From: Alphaproteobacteria bacterium
GTDB lineage: Bacteria; Pseudomonadota; Alphaproteobacteria; SHVP01
NCBI GenBank assembly: GCA_038121105.1
Contig: JAYONB010000008.1
Span: forward strand, 15,823-79,822
Direction of reading: 5' to 3'
DNA: 64,000 nt
A program made the position numbers and the translations under genes. The number at the start of each line of letters is the position of its first letter. The first letter of the stretch is position 1. The notes below the pieces were generated by a model, which saw only the letters and a list, made by a program, of their open reading frames with translations, had not been told where the DNA came from and did not search any database. Of the stretch, positions 27,336 to 36,065 are shown piece after piece.

Positions 27336-28472
27336 ATGTCTGTAACCGTGGTCCAGTCAGACGCGTCGATCGAGCGTCATACCGACCACTATTTCAATCG
27401 AACAAAACAGGTCGTGCGTCGGTTCGGTGACAAGCGCGTCACCTATGCCGTTTTCATGCGTCGCCCGGTCTTGTTTACGCCGCGCCTAATGGTTGAGGCG
27501 TTGGAGGCTGTGGCCAAACGGCGTGGTGTCCAGTTCAAAATCGAACAGCGCTACAAAGAGGGTGACTGGGTCGGTGCGGGCGACCCGCTTCTTTACATAA
27601 CTGGCGCGCTCGCCGAACTCGTCGAACTCGAAACGCTGTATTTGCAGCAACTTGGACCGGCTTGCGTTGCAGCCTACAACGCGTATTCGATGTGTCGCGA
27701 CCTGCCGAAGGTTGCCTTTTTGGCGATGGATGCGCGCCATTGTGCGGGTGCGGAAATGGCTGAGATGATGGCCTATGCGGCCAGCGTCGGATCCAATGCT
27801 GCGAAGGCGGAAGTCGGCGCTGTCGGGTTTGTCGGCAACGCCACGGATGCCACCGCGCACTATTTCGGGAATGCCGGTGGAAGGGGGACGATGCCTCATG
27901 CCCTTATCGGGTATGCCGGGTCGACGGTGCGCGCCGCCGAGATGTTTCACGAGACTTTCCCCGACGACCCGATGACGATCTTGGTCGACTATTTCGGCCA
28001 AGAGGTTTCCGATGCCGTCGCCGTCTGTCGCCGGTTTCCCGATTTAGCGGCCACCGGTCGCCTTTCCGTGCGGTTGGATACCCACGGAGGGCGGTTCGTC
28101 GAGGGCCTTGATCCTCAGGCATCCTATGCCGTCCTCGAGCGTCACGTGCCCAAGAGTACACGGCAATATCGCTCCGAACCCGAGCTTAGATGGCTGGTCG
28201 GGACCGGCGTCACGGCTGCTGCGATTTACCGCGTCCGTGAGGCCTTGGACGAGGCCGGTTTCGAAAAAGTCGGCATCGTCGCCAGTTCCGGGTTCGGACC
28301 GGCCAAATGCAAAGTCATGGCCAGCGTGAATGCGCCGATCGACGTCATCGGCACGGGTTCGTTCCTTCCGGAACGTTGGGATGAGACCTATGCGACCGCG
28401 GACGTAATCGAATATGACGGAAAGCCGTCGGTCAAAGTAGGCCGCGAATTCTTGCTCCGCCAAGCCGACTAG
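27336..28472 (+). CDS. type II phosphoribosyltransferase, nicotinate-PRTase-family (short form)
   Basis: The N-terminal ...HTDHYFNRTKQVV... and central ...GTMPHALI... resemble the NAPRTase/QPRTase fold; 378 aa. Confidence 0.6.
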   Translation: MSVTVVQSDASIERHTDHYFNRTKQVVRRFGDKRVTYAVFMRRPVLFTPRLMVEALEAVAKRRGVQFKIEQRYKEGDWVGAGDPLLYITGALAELVELETLYLQQLGPACVAAYNAYSMCRDLPKVAFLAMDARHCAGAEMAEMMAYAASVGSNAAKAEVGAVGFVGNATDATAHYFGNAGGRGTMPHALIGYAGSTVRAAEMFHETFPDDPMTILVDYFGQEVSDAVAVCRRFPDLAATGRLSVRLDTHGGRFVEGLDPQASYAVLERHVPKSTRQYRSEPELRWLVGTGVTAAAIYRVREALDEAGFEKVGIVASSGFGPAKCKVMASVNAPIDVIGTGSFLPERWDETYATADVIEYDGKPSVKVGREFLLRQAD

Positions 28473-29515
28473 ATATCGTCGAGCCGGATCAGTTGCTTGC
28501 CGGTGTTGCCGCCCTGCAGCATCGAGATGAAGGCCCCCGGCGCCCGGTCGATCCCCTCCGCAATCGTCTCGCGGTAGTGGATTTTACCCTCCGCGAGCCA
28601 TCCGGCGATCGCCTTGCGTGCCTCATCGGCACGGTCTTCATAATCGTAGACGATGAACCCTTTGGTCATCGCGCGTGCGGTCATCAAAAGGCCCGTGTCA
28701 TCAGGCTTATACTGTGCCTCCGGCAAATTGTTCTGGCTGATGTTCCCGACCAGTACGATCCGAGCATCACGCGCCAGATGGTGCAGGATGGCATGGGCGA
28801 TATCGCCGCCGACGTTGTCGAAGTGCACGTTGATGCGGTCGGGACAATGACGTCGTAGGTCGCCCAGAAGGTCGTCGGTGGTGCGGTAATTGATGCCGCC
28901 GTCGAAACCTAACTCGCCCGTCACGTGGTCCAGCTTTTCATCGCGACCCGCAATCCCTATGACCCGGCATCCCCTGATCTTTGCCAGTTGGCCTGCCAGC
29001 GACCCAACAGCCCCACCGGCGCCTGTGACGACAACCGTTTCGCCCGGTTGCGGGTCGCACACCTCGAGCAGCGCGAAGTAAGCCGTCACCCCGGGGAACC
29101 CGAGGATCCCGAGCGAGGTGGAGATCGGCGCGATGTCGGGGTCTACCTTGGTGATTCCCGGCGCGTACTCGGCGCGCTCGGTACTGCCGTCCGAGACGGC
29201 ATAGGTCTGCCAGCCGAGCATCCCTTCCACATAATCTCCGGCCCTATAGTCCGGGTGGTTCGATTGAACGACTTCACCCACCATACGACCTTTGATGACG
29301 TCGCCAAGGTCGAGCGTCTTGCCGTAGCCCGATCCCGCGTCCAGGCGCATACGTTGAAATGGATCGGCTGATAAATAATGGGCGCGCACCAATAGTTCGC
29401 CGGGCCCCGGTTCGGGCACCGGGTCGTCGACTAACCGAAAATCTTCTTCAACCGGCATGCCCTTGGGGCGGCGAGCCAGAACGACTTTGCGGTTGCGATT
29501 AGGTAGGGCCATCAA
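28469..29515 (-). CDS. NADP-dependent oxidoreductase, zinc-free MDR (YncB/CurA / alkenal reductase-like), paralogue 1
   Basis: VVLARRPKGMP.EEDFRLV, GFPGVTAYFAL, TGAGGAVGS; 348 aa. Confidence 0.8.
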   Translation of the reverse strand: MMALPNRNRKVVLARRPKGMPVEEDFRLVDDPVPEPGPGELLVRAHYLSADPFQRMRLDAGSGYGKTLDLGDVIKGRMVGEVVQSNHPDYRAGDYVEGMLGWQTYAVSDGSTERAEYAPGITKVDPDIAPISTSLGILGFPGVTAYFALLEVCDPQPGETVVVTGAGGAVGSLAGQLAKIRGCRVIGIAGRDEKLDHVTGELGFDGGINYRTTDDLLGDLRRHCPDRINVHFDNVGGDIAHAILHHLARDARIVLVGNISQNNLPEAQYKPDDTGLLMTARAMTKGFIVYDYEDRADEARKAIAGWLAEGKIHYRETIAEGIDRAPGAFISMLQGGNTGKQLIRLDDI

Positions 29516-29516
29516 C

Positions 29517-30545
29517 TCACTCGTCGCTAATCTTGATCAGGCGTTTGCCGAAATTCTTCCCCTCGAGAAGGCCGATGAACGCTGCAGGGGCATTCCGCAA
29601 CCCCTCGACGATATCCTCTTTATAGGTGATCTCGCCGCTTGCCAGCCACGTAGAAAGGTTCTTTAGGCCCTCCGGATAGCGTTCGAGGTAGTCGAAGACG
29701 ATGAAGCCTTCGATCCGACTCCGAGTCATGAGAATCTTCGTCAGGTTGCGCGGCCCCATCTCCTGTTTCGACGCGTTGTACAGCGAGATTTGGCCGCACA
29801 GAACGATGCGTGCGCGCAGCGCGAGATTGTCGAAAACGGCGTCGGTGACCGGCCCGCCGACGTTGTCGAAATAGACGTTCACCCCGCTTGGTGCAGCCTC
29901 ACGCACCGCCGCGCTCAGGTCTTCATTGGTTCGATAGTTGATCGCCGCGTCGTAACCGAGCGTCTCGACGATGTAGCGGGCTTTTTCGTCGGTTCCGACA
30001 ACGCCGACCGTTCTGCACCCTTCGCGCTTGGCAAGTTGTCCGACCAATGATCCCACCGCGCCAGATGCCGCCGAAACCACCACGGTGTCGCCCTTCTGGG
30101 GTTTTCCGAGGTCGAACAAACCGAAATAGGCTGTTAGGCCCGGCATGCCCAAAACACCAAGCGCAGTGGAAATCGGCGCCAGCGCAGGATCGACGATTCG
30201 TAGGTGCTTTGGTTTGACGGTGGCAAACGATTGCCAACCCAGAAGGCCCTCGACAATCGTGCCATCCGGCATTTCCGGTACATCGGATCGAACGACCCGC
30301 CCCACAGTGCCCCCGCCCATGACCGCATCGATTTCGACCGGCGGAATGTAGGACTTTGTGTCGTTCATCCGGCCGCGCATGTAGGGATCGAGGGAAAGAT
30401 AGAGGTTCTGCACCAAAACGGTACCGGCCGCGGGCTCGGGCACCGGCACCGGCGTTTCAACGATCCTGAAATCGGCCTCCGTGGGCGCCCCTTTGGGTCG
30501 CCGGGCAAGGAGGACTTGGATATTCGTGTCGGTCTGGGAACTCAT
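29517..30545 (-). CDS. NADP-dependent oxidoreductase, zinc-free MDR, paralogue 2
   Basis: VLLARRPKGAPTEADFRIV, GMPGLTAYFGL, SAASGAVGS; 342 aa. Its stop lies 1 nt before the paralogue 1 start. Confidence 0.8.
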   Translation of the reverse strand: MSSQTDTNIQVLLARRPKGAPTEADFRIVETPVPVPEPAAGTVLVQNLYLSLDPYMRGRMNDTKSYIPPVEIDAVMGGGTVGRVVRSDVPEMPDGTIVEGLLGWQSFATVKPKHLRIVDPALAPISTALGVLGMPGLTAYFGLFDLGKPQKGDTVVVSAASGAVGSLVGQLAKREGCRTVGVVGTDEKARYIVETLGYDAAINYRTNEDLSAAVREAAPSGVNVYFDNVGGPVTDAVFDNLALRARIVLCGQISLYNASKQEMGPRNLTKILMTRSRIEGFIVFDYLERYPEGLKNLSTWLASGEITYKEDIVEGLRNAPAAFIGLLEGKNFGKRLIKISDE

Positions 30546-30626
30546 CTCATCTCCGCCGTTGTCCCCTCGGGAGGACTACACTATAGGTCATGCTCCGGGC
30601 GCGCTCGCGCTATGGGTCTCCCAGAA

Positions 30627-32285
30627 ATGACTGATCAACTCAATATTTGCCTCGCCCAACTTAATCCCACCGTCGGTGATCTACCTGGGAACGTCGCCAA
30701 GCTGCGCGACGTGGCTAACGCAGCGGGGGAGTCTGGCGCAAATCTCATTGTCACAAGCGAACTCTTCCTGTGCGGCTATCCGCCCGAAGACTTGGTACGA
30801 CGGCAGTCTTTTCTGGACGGCGTCAAACAGGCGGTTTCGGATCTTGCGGCAACGACGGCAAACGGCACCGCCATTCTCCTCGGGGCGCCCTGGCAGGATG
30901 GCGAGAGGGTGTATAACGCTGCACTGTTGCTCTCAGAGGGTGCGGTAACCGCGGCGCGCTACAAATCGGACCTACCCAACTACGGCGTCTTTGATGAAAA
31001 ACGCGTCTTCGATGCCGGTGACTTGCCCGGCCCGATTCAATTCAAAGGTATTCGCCTCGGTGTCTTGATCTGCGAGGACATGTGGAAACCCGATGTCGCG
31101 CAATGCCTTGCCGAAACCGGGGCCGAGGTTCTCGTGGTTTTGAACGGATCGCCCTTCGAACTCGACAAGTGGGAGGAGCGGGACGGGCTTGCCAGGGACC
31201 GTGTACGGGAAACCGGCCTGCCGCTGGTCTATGTCAATCAAGTCGGGGGCCAGGACGAATTGGTCTTCGATGGTCGCTCGTTTGCCCTAAATGGGGATGG
31301 GACCGGGGCGGTGCTGATGTCGCCGTGGGAAGAGGCCACAACGCACGTCAACCTGGTACGGCACAGCGATGCGTGGCGATTCGACGAAGGCCCGATGCAT
31401 CGGCCCGATGATCGTCTCGCCAACGTCTATCACGCGATGGTTCTGGGGCTCCGCGACTACGTCAATAAGAACGGGTTTCCCGGTGTTCTCCTCGGAATGT
31501 CCGGCGGGATCGACTCGGCGCTTTCCGCGGTGGTCGCTGTCGACGCCCTGGGCCCCGATCGTGTGCATTGCGTATTGCTTCCATCCAAATACACGTCAAA
31601 GGCCAGCATCAACGATGCTTTGGATTGTTGCACCCGTATCGGATGCCGGGCCGACACCGTGCCGATCGAACCGGCGATCGCGGCTTTCGACGCAATGTTG
31701 GCTTCGTCGTTCGAGGGGCGGGAGCCAGACGAGACCGAAGAGAACATTCAGGCGCGCGCGCGTGGCGTCACGCTGATGGCACTCAGCAACAAGTTCGGAT
31801 CGATGGTCCTCACCACTGGAAACAAATCCGAAATGTCGGTCGGTTACGCGACACTCTATGGCGACATGTGTGGCGGTTACTCCGTCCTGAAAGACATATA
31901 TAAAACAATGGTTTATGACCTATCTCGGTGGCGCAACGAAAACCCGGTGGGCTACGGAATGTGCCCCACTGGTGCACCGGTGCCAGAGAACATCATTACC
32001 AAGGCGCCCTCGGCCGAACTACGACCGGATCAGACCGATCAAGACTCGCTGCCGCCGTATGATGCACTTGACGACATCTTGACCGGCTTGGTCGAGGAAG
32101 AACGCAGCCTGGCCGACATCGTTGCAAAGGGACACGACGCGGCGACGGTCCGGCGAATTGCGCGCCTCTTATTCGTTGCGGAATACAAGCGGCGGCAAGC
32201 CCCGCCCGGCGTCAAAATCACGCGGCGTTCTTTTGGTCGAGATCGGCGCTATCCCATTACGAACCGCTTTGTCGAACAGGTATAG
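30627..32285 (+). CDS. nadE: glutamine-dependent NAD+ synthetase
   Basis: N-terminal CN-hydrolase domain (LNICLAQLNP..., ...ICEDMW) plus PP-loop SGGIDSA. I trimmed the start to MTDQLN (alternative ATG 30612). The track ORF from 30204 overlaps the divergent upstream gene. Confidence 0.9.
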   Translation: MTDQLNICLAQLNPTVGDLPGNVAKLRDVANAAGESGANLIVTSELFLCGYPPEDLVRRQSFLDGVKQAVSDLAATTANGTAILLGAPWQDGERVYNAALLLSEGAVTAARYKSDLPNYGVFDEKRVFDAGDLPGPIQFKGIRLGVLICEDMWKPDVAQCLAETGAEVLVVLNGSPFELDKWEERDGLARDRVRETGLPLVYVNQVGGQDELVFDGRSFALNGDGTGAVLMSPWEEATTHVNLVRHSDAWRFDEGPMHRPDDRLANVYHAMVLGLRDYVNKNGFPGVLLGMSGGIDSALSAVVAVDALGPDRVHCVLLPSKYTSKASINDALDCCTRIGCRADTVPIEPAIAAFDAMLASSFEGREPDETEENIQARARGVTLMALSNKFGSMVLTTGNKSEMSVGYATLYGDMCGGYSVLKDIYKTMVYDLSRWRNENPVGYGMCPTGAPVPENIITKAPSAELRPDQTDQDSLPPYDALDDILTGLVEEERSLADIVAKGHDAATVRRIARLLFVAEYKRRQAPPGVKITRRSFGRDRRYPITNRFVEQV

Positions 32286-32326
32286 CCCCGTCTGCTCGCG
32301 TACTGACGAGGCACCTCGAGGAACCG

Positions 32327-33712
32327 ATGTCTTTTGCACTTCATAATTCCGCTGCGCGGAAGAAAGTGGATTTCAAGCCGATCGATCCGGAACACGTCCG
32401 CATCTACGCGTGCGGCCCCACCGTCTACGACCTCGCGCATGTTGGTAACGCGCGGATGATGGTCGTCTTCGACCTCATCGTGCGGGTTCTTCGTGACGCG
32501 TTTCCCAAGGTTACCTACGTCCGCAATATCACCGACGTTGACGACAAGATTAACGCCGCGGCGAATGACCAGGGGCTCTCTATCGACCTCATCACCTCGC
32601 GGACCACGAAGGCGATGCACGAGGACATGGCGGCACTCGGCGTCTTGCCGCCTGATATCGAGCCGCGGGCGACTGATCACATTGCGCCGATGGTGACGAT
32701 GATCGAGAGGCTGATCGAGAGTGATCATGCCTACGCCGCCGAAGGGCATGTGCTCTTCTCGGTCGCCTCAATGCCCGAGTATGGCCGTTTCTCGGGGCGA
32801 GACCGTGACGAACAAATTGCCGGCGCGCGCGTCGATGTGGCGCCGTATAAGCGTGACCCCGCGGATTTTGTACTGTGGAAACCATCTGACGAGACCCAGC
32901 CGGGTTGGGACAGCCCCTGGGGACGCGGTCGTCCGGGTTGGCATATCGAATGCTCGGCGATGAGCGAGGTCTATCTCGGAAAAACCTTCGATATTCACGG
33001 CGGCGGCCTGGACCTCATATTTCCGCATCATGAGAATGAAATTGCCCAGAGCGTCTGCGCCCACGAAGGCGCACCACTAGCCAACTATTGGCTCCATAAC
33101 GGCATGGTGATTATCGAAGGCCAGAAGATGTCGAAGTCATTGGGCAACTTCGTTGTCGTGCGGGATGCGCTAAAGCATTGGCGCGGCGAAGAGATCAGGT
33201 GGCTCCTGCTCTCAGCACACTACCGCCAGCCGCTCGATTGGACCGAGCAGGGGCTCAAACAGGCGCGCACGAACCTCGACCGGATCTACAACGCGCTCCG
33301 GCGAAGTGATGATGATCGCTCGGATGCGGAACCGGACAAAGATCTAGGTCGTGTTCGGGCCGCGCTGCGCGATGATTTCAATACCCCGCTCGCCCTCTCC
33401 GAGTTGATGGCGCTTGCCGGTCGTCTCAATCGCAGCACGGACGCGGACGAACGTATCGCGTTGGTTGCGGCGATCCGGGAGGCAGGCGATCTGTTGGGGT
33501 TCGTCCAAGAAGAGGCCGAGTCCTGGTTTCAGACCGGTACGGGCGAACTCGATGCCGATGCTATCGATCAACTCATCGCCGAGCGGAAAGCCGCACGCGA
33601 ATCGAAAGATTTCGCGACGTCGGATCGGATTCGAGATGACCTCCTGGCCCAAGGCGTGGTTCTCGAGGACGGCCCAGAAGGGACGACCTGGCGCTACCAG
33701 GCGGACGGCTAA
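32327..33712 (+). CDS. cysS: cysteine--tRNA ligase
   Basis: HVGNAR (HIGH) and KMSKS motifs; CGPTVYD; 461 aa. Confidence 0.95.
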   Translation: MSFALHNSAARKKVDFKPIDPEHVRIYACGPTVYDLAHVGNARMMVVFDLIVRVLRDAFPKVTYVRNITDVDDKINAAANDQGLSIDLITSRTTKAMHEDMAALGVLPPDIEPRATDHIAPMVTMIERLIESDHAYAAEGHVLFSVASMPEYGRFSGRDRDEQIAGARVDVAPYKRDPADFVLWKPSDETQPGWDSPWGRGRPGWHIECSAMSEVYLGKTFDIHGGGLDLIFPHHENEIAQSVCAHEGAPLANYWLHNGMVIIEGQKMSKSLGNFVVVRDALKHWRGEEIRWLLLSAHYRQPLDWTEQGLKQARTNLDRIYNALRRSDDDRSDAEPDKDLGRVRAALRDDFNTPLALSELMALAGRLNRSTDADERIALVAAIREAGDLLGFVQEEAESWFQTGTGELDADAIDQLIAERKAARESKDFATSDRIRDDLLAQGVVLEDGPEGTTWRYQADG

Positions 33713-34488
33713 TGGCGGGCACCGATCGGTCAAAGCCGGTTCGCGCGGGCGGACCAGCCATCGTGTTGGTGCATCCGCAACTGGGCGAGAATGTCGGTGC
33801 CGCGGCCCGCGCCATGCTGAATTTTGGTCTGTCCGAACTGCGCCTCGTCGCGCCCCGTGACGGATGGCCAAACGACAAAGCCGTGGCTGCCGCGTCCGGT
33901 GCCGATTCGGTAATCGAGGGCGTGCGGGTCTTTCAGACCACGCGTGAAGCCGTTGCCGACCTGCAAGAAGTCTACGCGATGACAGCTCGCCAGCGCGATC
34001 TTCGCAAGGACGTCGTGACCCCGGAACATGCGGCGAGGGCAATCCACTCTTCGCTCTCTGGCGACCAAAAGTGCGGCGTGATGTTCGGGCCCGAGCGGGC
34101 CGGGCTTGAAAACGACGATCTGTCGCTGGCCGATCGAATCATCAATATCCCGACAAATCCCGGGTTCTCTTCGCTGAACCTCGCGCAAGCCGTTCTTTTG
34201 TTCGGGTACGAGTACCTCAGGGCGGCCGATCAAACGCCGCCGCTCCAGCACAATGATGGCGACAGTTTTCCTGCCACCAAGGCCGATCTGACTCTTCTCT
34301 TCGACCACCTTGAGGGCGAGTTGCGGACCTCCGGGTTTTTGTTTCCGCCCGAAAAGGCCCCGACCATGGTGCGGAACATCCGCGCTCTATTGCAGCGCGC
34401 GCGGCTAACCGAACAAGAGGTCAGAACCCTGCGCGGCATCGTCTCCTCGCTTTCGACCGCCCGTCAGACCGGCCCAAAAGGCCAATAG
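33712..34488 (+). CDS. SpoU-family RNA 2'-O-methyltransferase (TrmJ-like)
   Basis: IVLVHPQLGENVGAAARAMLNFG and a C-terminal SLNLAQAV knot region. The ATG overlaps the cysS stop (TAATG). Confidence 0.75.
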   Translation: MAGTDRSKPVRAGGPAIVLVHPQLGENVGAAARAMLNFGLSELRLVAPRDGWPNDKAVAAASGADSVIEGVRVFQTTREAVADLQEVYAMTARQRDLRKDVVTPEHAARAIHSSLSGDQKCGVMFGPERAGLENDDLSLADRIINIPTNPGFSSLNLAQAVLLFGYEYLRAADQTPPLQHNDGDSFPATKADLTLLFDHLEGELRTSGFLFPPEKAPTMVRNIRALLQRARLTEQEVRTLRGIVSSLSTARQTGPKGQ

Positions 34489-34588
34489 AGGGGCTATGCC
34501 GATGCCGTCCGGACCGGCCTGGCTACGTGGCTTTATTAACTCATTGAAAAATAACAAGAAAATAGCGCTGCTGGCGGCCGCACAACGT

Positions 34589-34616
34589 TTGACACCGACA
34601 AGCGCGGCGCTATAGT
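34589..34616 (+). promoter_or_regulatory. sigma70-like promoter upstream of rpsD (TTGACA - 16 nt - TATAGT)
   Basis: TTGACA at 34589-34594 and TATAGT at 34611-34616, preceded by an AT-rich UP-like stretch at 34535-34562. Confidence 0.45.
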
Positions 34617-34661
34617 ACGCCGCTTCCAAGGGCGGCTGCTTCCGGGCGGCCGTCTTCGTAT

Positions 34662-35300
34662 GTGGGAATGGCGAAGCGCGAAATGACCAAACGACTGAAA
34701 TCCAAATACAAAATCAACCGCCGGCTTGGCGAGAACCTCTGGGGCCGTCCCAAGAGCCCCGTCAACCGTCGTGAATACGGCCCTGGACAGCACGGCCAGC
34801 GTCGGCGCAAGCCTTCGGATTTCGGCATTCAGTTGATGGCCAAACAGCGGCTGCGCGGCTATTACGGAAACATCACCGAGAAACAGTTCCGTCGCATCTA
34901 CGCCGAAGCCTCCCGCAAACGTGGCGATACCTCGGAGATGCTGATTGGTTTGTTGGAGCGGCGCCTTGATGCCGTCGTCTACCGGATGAAGTTCGTGCCG
35001 ACGGTTTTCGCGGCGCGGCAGTTCGTCAATCACGGCCACGTCATGGTCAACGGTCGGCGCGTCAATATTCCCAGCTATCAGGTCCGCGAAGGCGATGTCA
35101 TCGAAGTGCGCGAGCGGTCCAAGCAGCTTGGCATCGTGCTGGAAGCGATCGACCTGCCGGAACGCGATGTGCCGGATTATCTCGAGGTCGATCACGCCAA
35201 GATGAAGGGCACCTTTGTTCGGGTGCCAAAATTGGCGGATGTGCCTTACCCGGTCATGATGGAACCGAACCTCGTCGTCGAGTACTACTCCTCGCATTAA
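34662..35300 (+). CDS. rpsD: 30S ribosomal protein S4
   Basis: [34 protein letters not shown]. The start is ATG 34662 or 34668. Confidence 0.95.
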   Translation: MGMAKREMTKRLKSKYKINRRLGENLWGRPKSPVNRREYGPGQHGQRRRKPSDFGIQLMAKQRLRGYYGNITEKQFRRIYAEASRKRGDTSEMLIGLLERRLDAVVYRMKFVPTVFAARQFVNHGHVMVNGRRVNIPSYQVREGDVIEVRERSKQLGIVLEAIDLPERDVPDYLEVDHAKMKGTFVRVPKLADVPYPVMMEPNLVVEYYSSH

Positions 35301-35301
35301 T

Positions 35302-35347
35302 CTGCCGAACGGCAGGCACAAAAAAGGGCGCGTCGCGCCCTTTTTCT
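35302..35347. terminator. bidirectional intrinsic terminator between convergent rpsD and grxD
   Basis: Hairpin CTGCC-GAAC-GGCAG (35302-35315), then AAAAAA-GGGCGC-GTC-GCGCCC-TTTTT (35320-35345). The A-run and T-run flank the GC stem on both strands. Confidence 0.6.
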
Positions 35348-35365
35348 TTGTCTTGAAAACGAGTC

Positions 35366-35710
35366 CTAGGCGTCGGCCGTTGCCGACACGATGCCCTGAC
35401 CCTCAAGATACTGCTTCAGTTCACCGGTCTCGAACATCTCACGTACGATGTCGCAGCCGCCGACAAACTCGCCTTTGACGTAAAGCTGCGGGATCGTCGG
35501 CCAGTCACTGAATTGTTTGACGCCGTCACGCAGTGACGGGTCCATAAGAACGTCGACCCCTTTGAATTTGACGCCGGATTCGCTCAACACCTGAACCACG
35601 GCCGCAGAAAACCCGCACTGTGGGAAAATGGGCGTCCCCTTCATGTAGAGAACCACCGGGTTCTCGTCGATTTCCTGCCGGATTCGGTCAAACACCGGGT
35701 TGTCGCTCAT
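35366..35710 (-). CDS. grxD: monothiol glutaredoxin (Grx4 family)
   Basis: CGFS active site (PQCGFSAAV) and WPTIPQLYV. I trimmed the start to MSDNPVF. Confidence 0.9.
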   Translation of the reverse strand: MSDNPVFDRIRQEIDENPVVLYMKGTPIFPQCGFSAAVVQVLSESGVKFKGVDVLMDPSLRDGVKQFSDWPTIPQLYVKGEFVGGCDIVREMFETGELKQYLEGQGIVSATADA

Positions 35711-35800
35711 GTCACTTTTCCTTTTACTGCCGGCCACGCCGGTTGAAGCGCTAATGTGCGCTTTCCCCGGATTATTTCAACCATAAGACCCAAAGGGGTA

Positions 35801-36043
35801 TTAGTCGGTCGGCACCGAAGTCTGAAGCGCGAGGGCGTGCAGCGCGTCGCCCATATTGCCGCGCAACGCTTGGTAGACCATTTGGTGCTGCTGTACGCGG
35901 GTCTTTCCCACAAAGGCGTTGGAAACCACGCGGGCGGCATAATGATCGCCGTCGCCGCGAAGGTCCTCGATCGTGACCGTTGCGTCGGGAATACCTTCTT
36001 TGATCAGCCGTTGAATTTCGGCGGCGTCCATTGCCATCGTCAA
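35801..36043 (-). CDS. BolA-family protein
   Basis: 80 aa with ...DGDHYAARVVS.AF.GK.RVQQHQMVY.AL. It lies adjacent to grxD, which is a conserved pairing. Confidence 0.85.
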   Translation of the reverse strand: MTMAMDAAEIQRLIKEGIPDATVTIEDLRGDGDHYAARVVSNAFVGKTRVQQHQMVYQALRGNMGDALHALALQTSVPTD

Positions 36044-36065
36044 TTCTCCAAGGTTTTCAAATCGT

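Noticed and set aside
34617-34661. The rpsD leader contains two similar GC-rich elements (GCTTCCAAGGGCGGC / GCTTCCGGGCGGC), considered as a possible S4 autoregulatory pseudoknot.
   Set aside because: The idea is plausible in principle, because S4 autoregulates in other bacteria. However, I cannot fold it convincingly by eye, and it matches no motif I can name. I left it unannotated.
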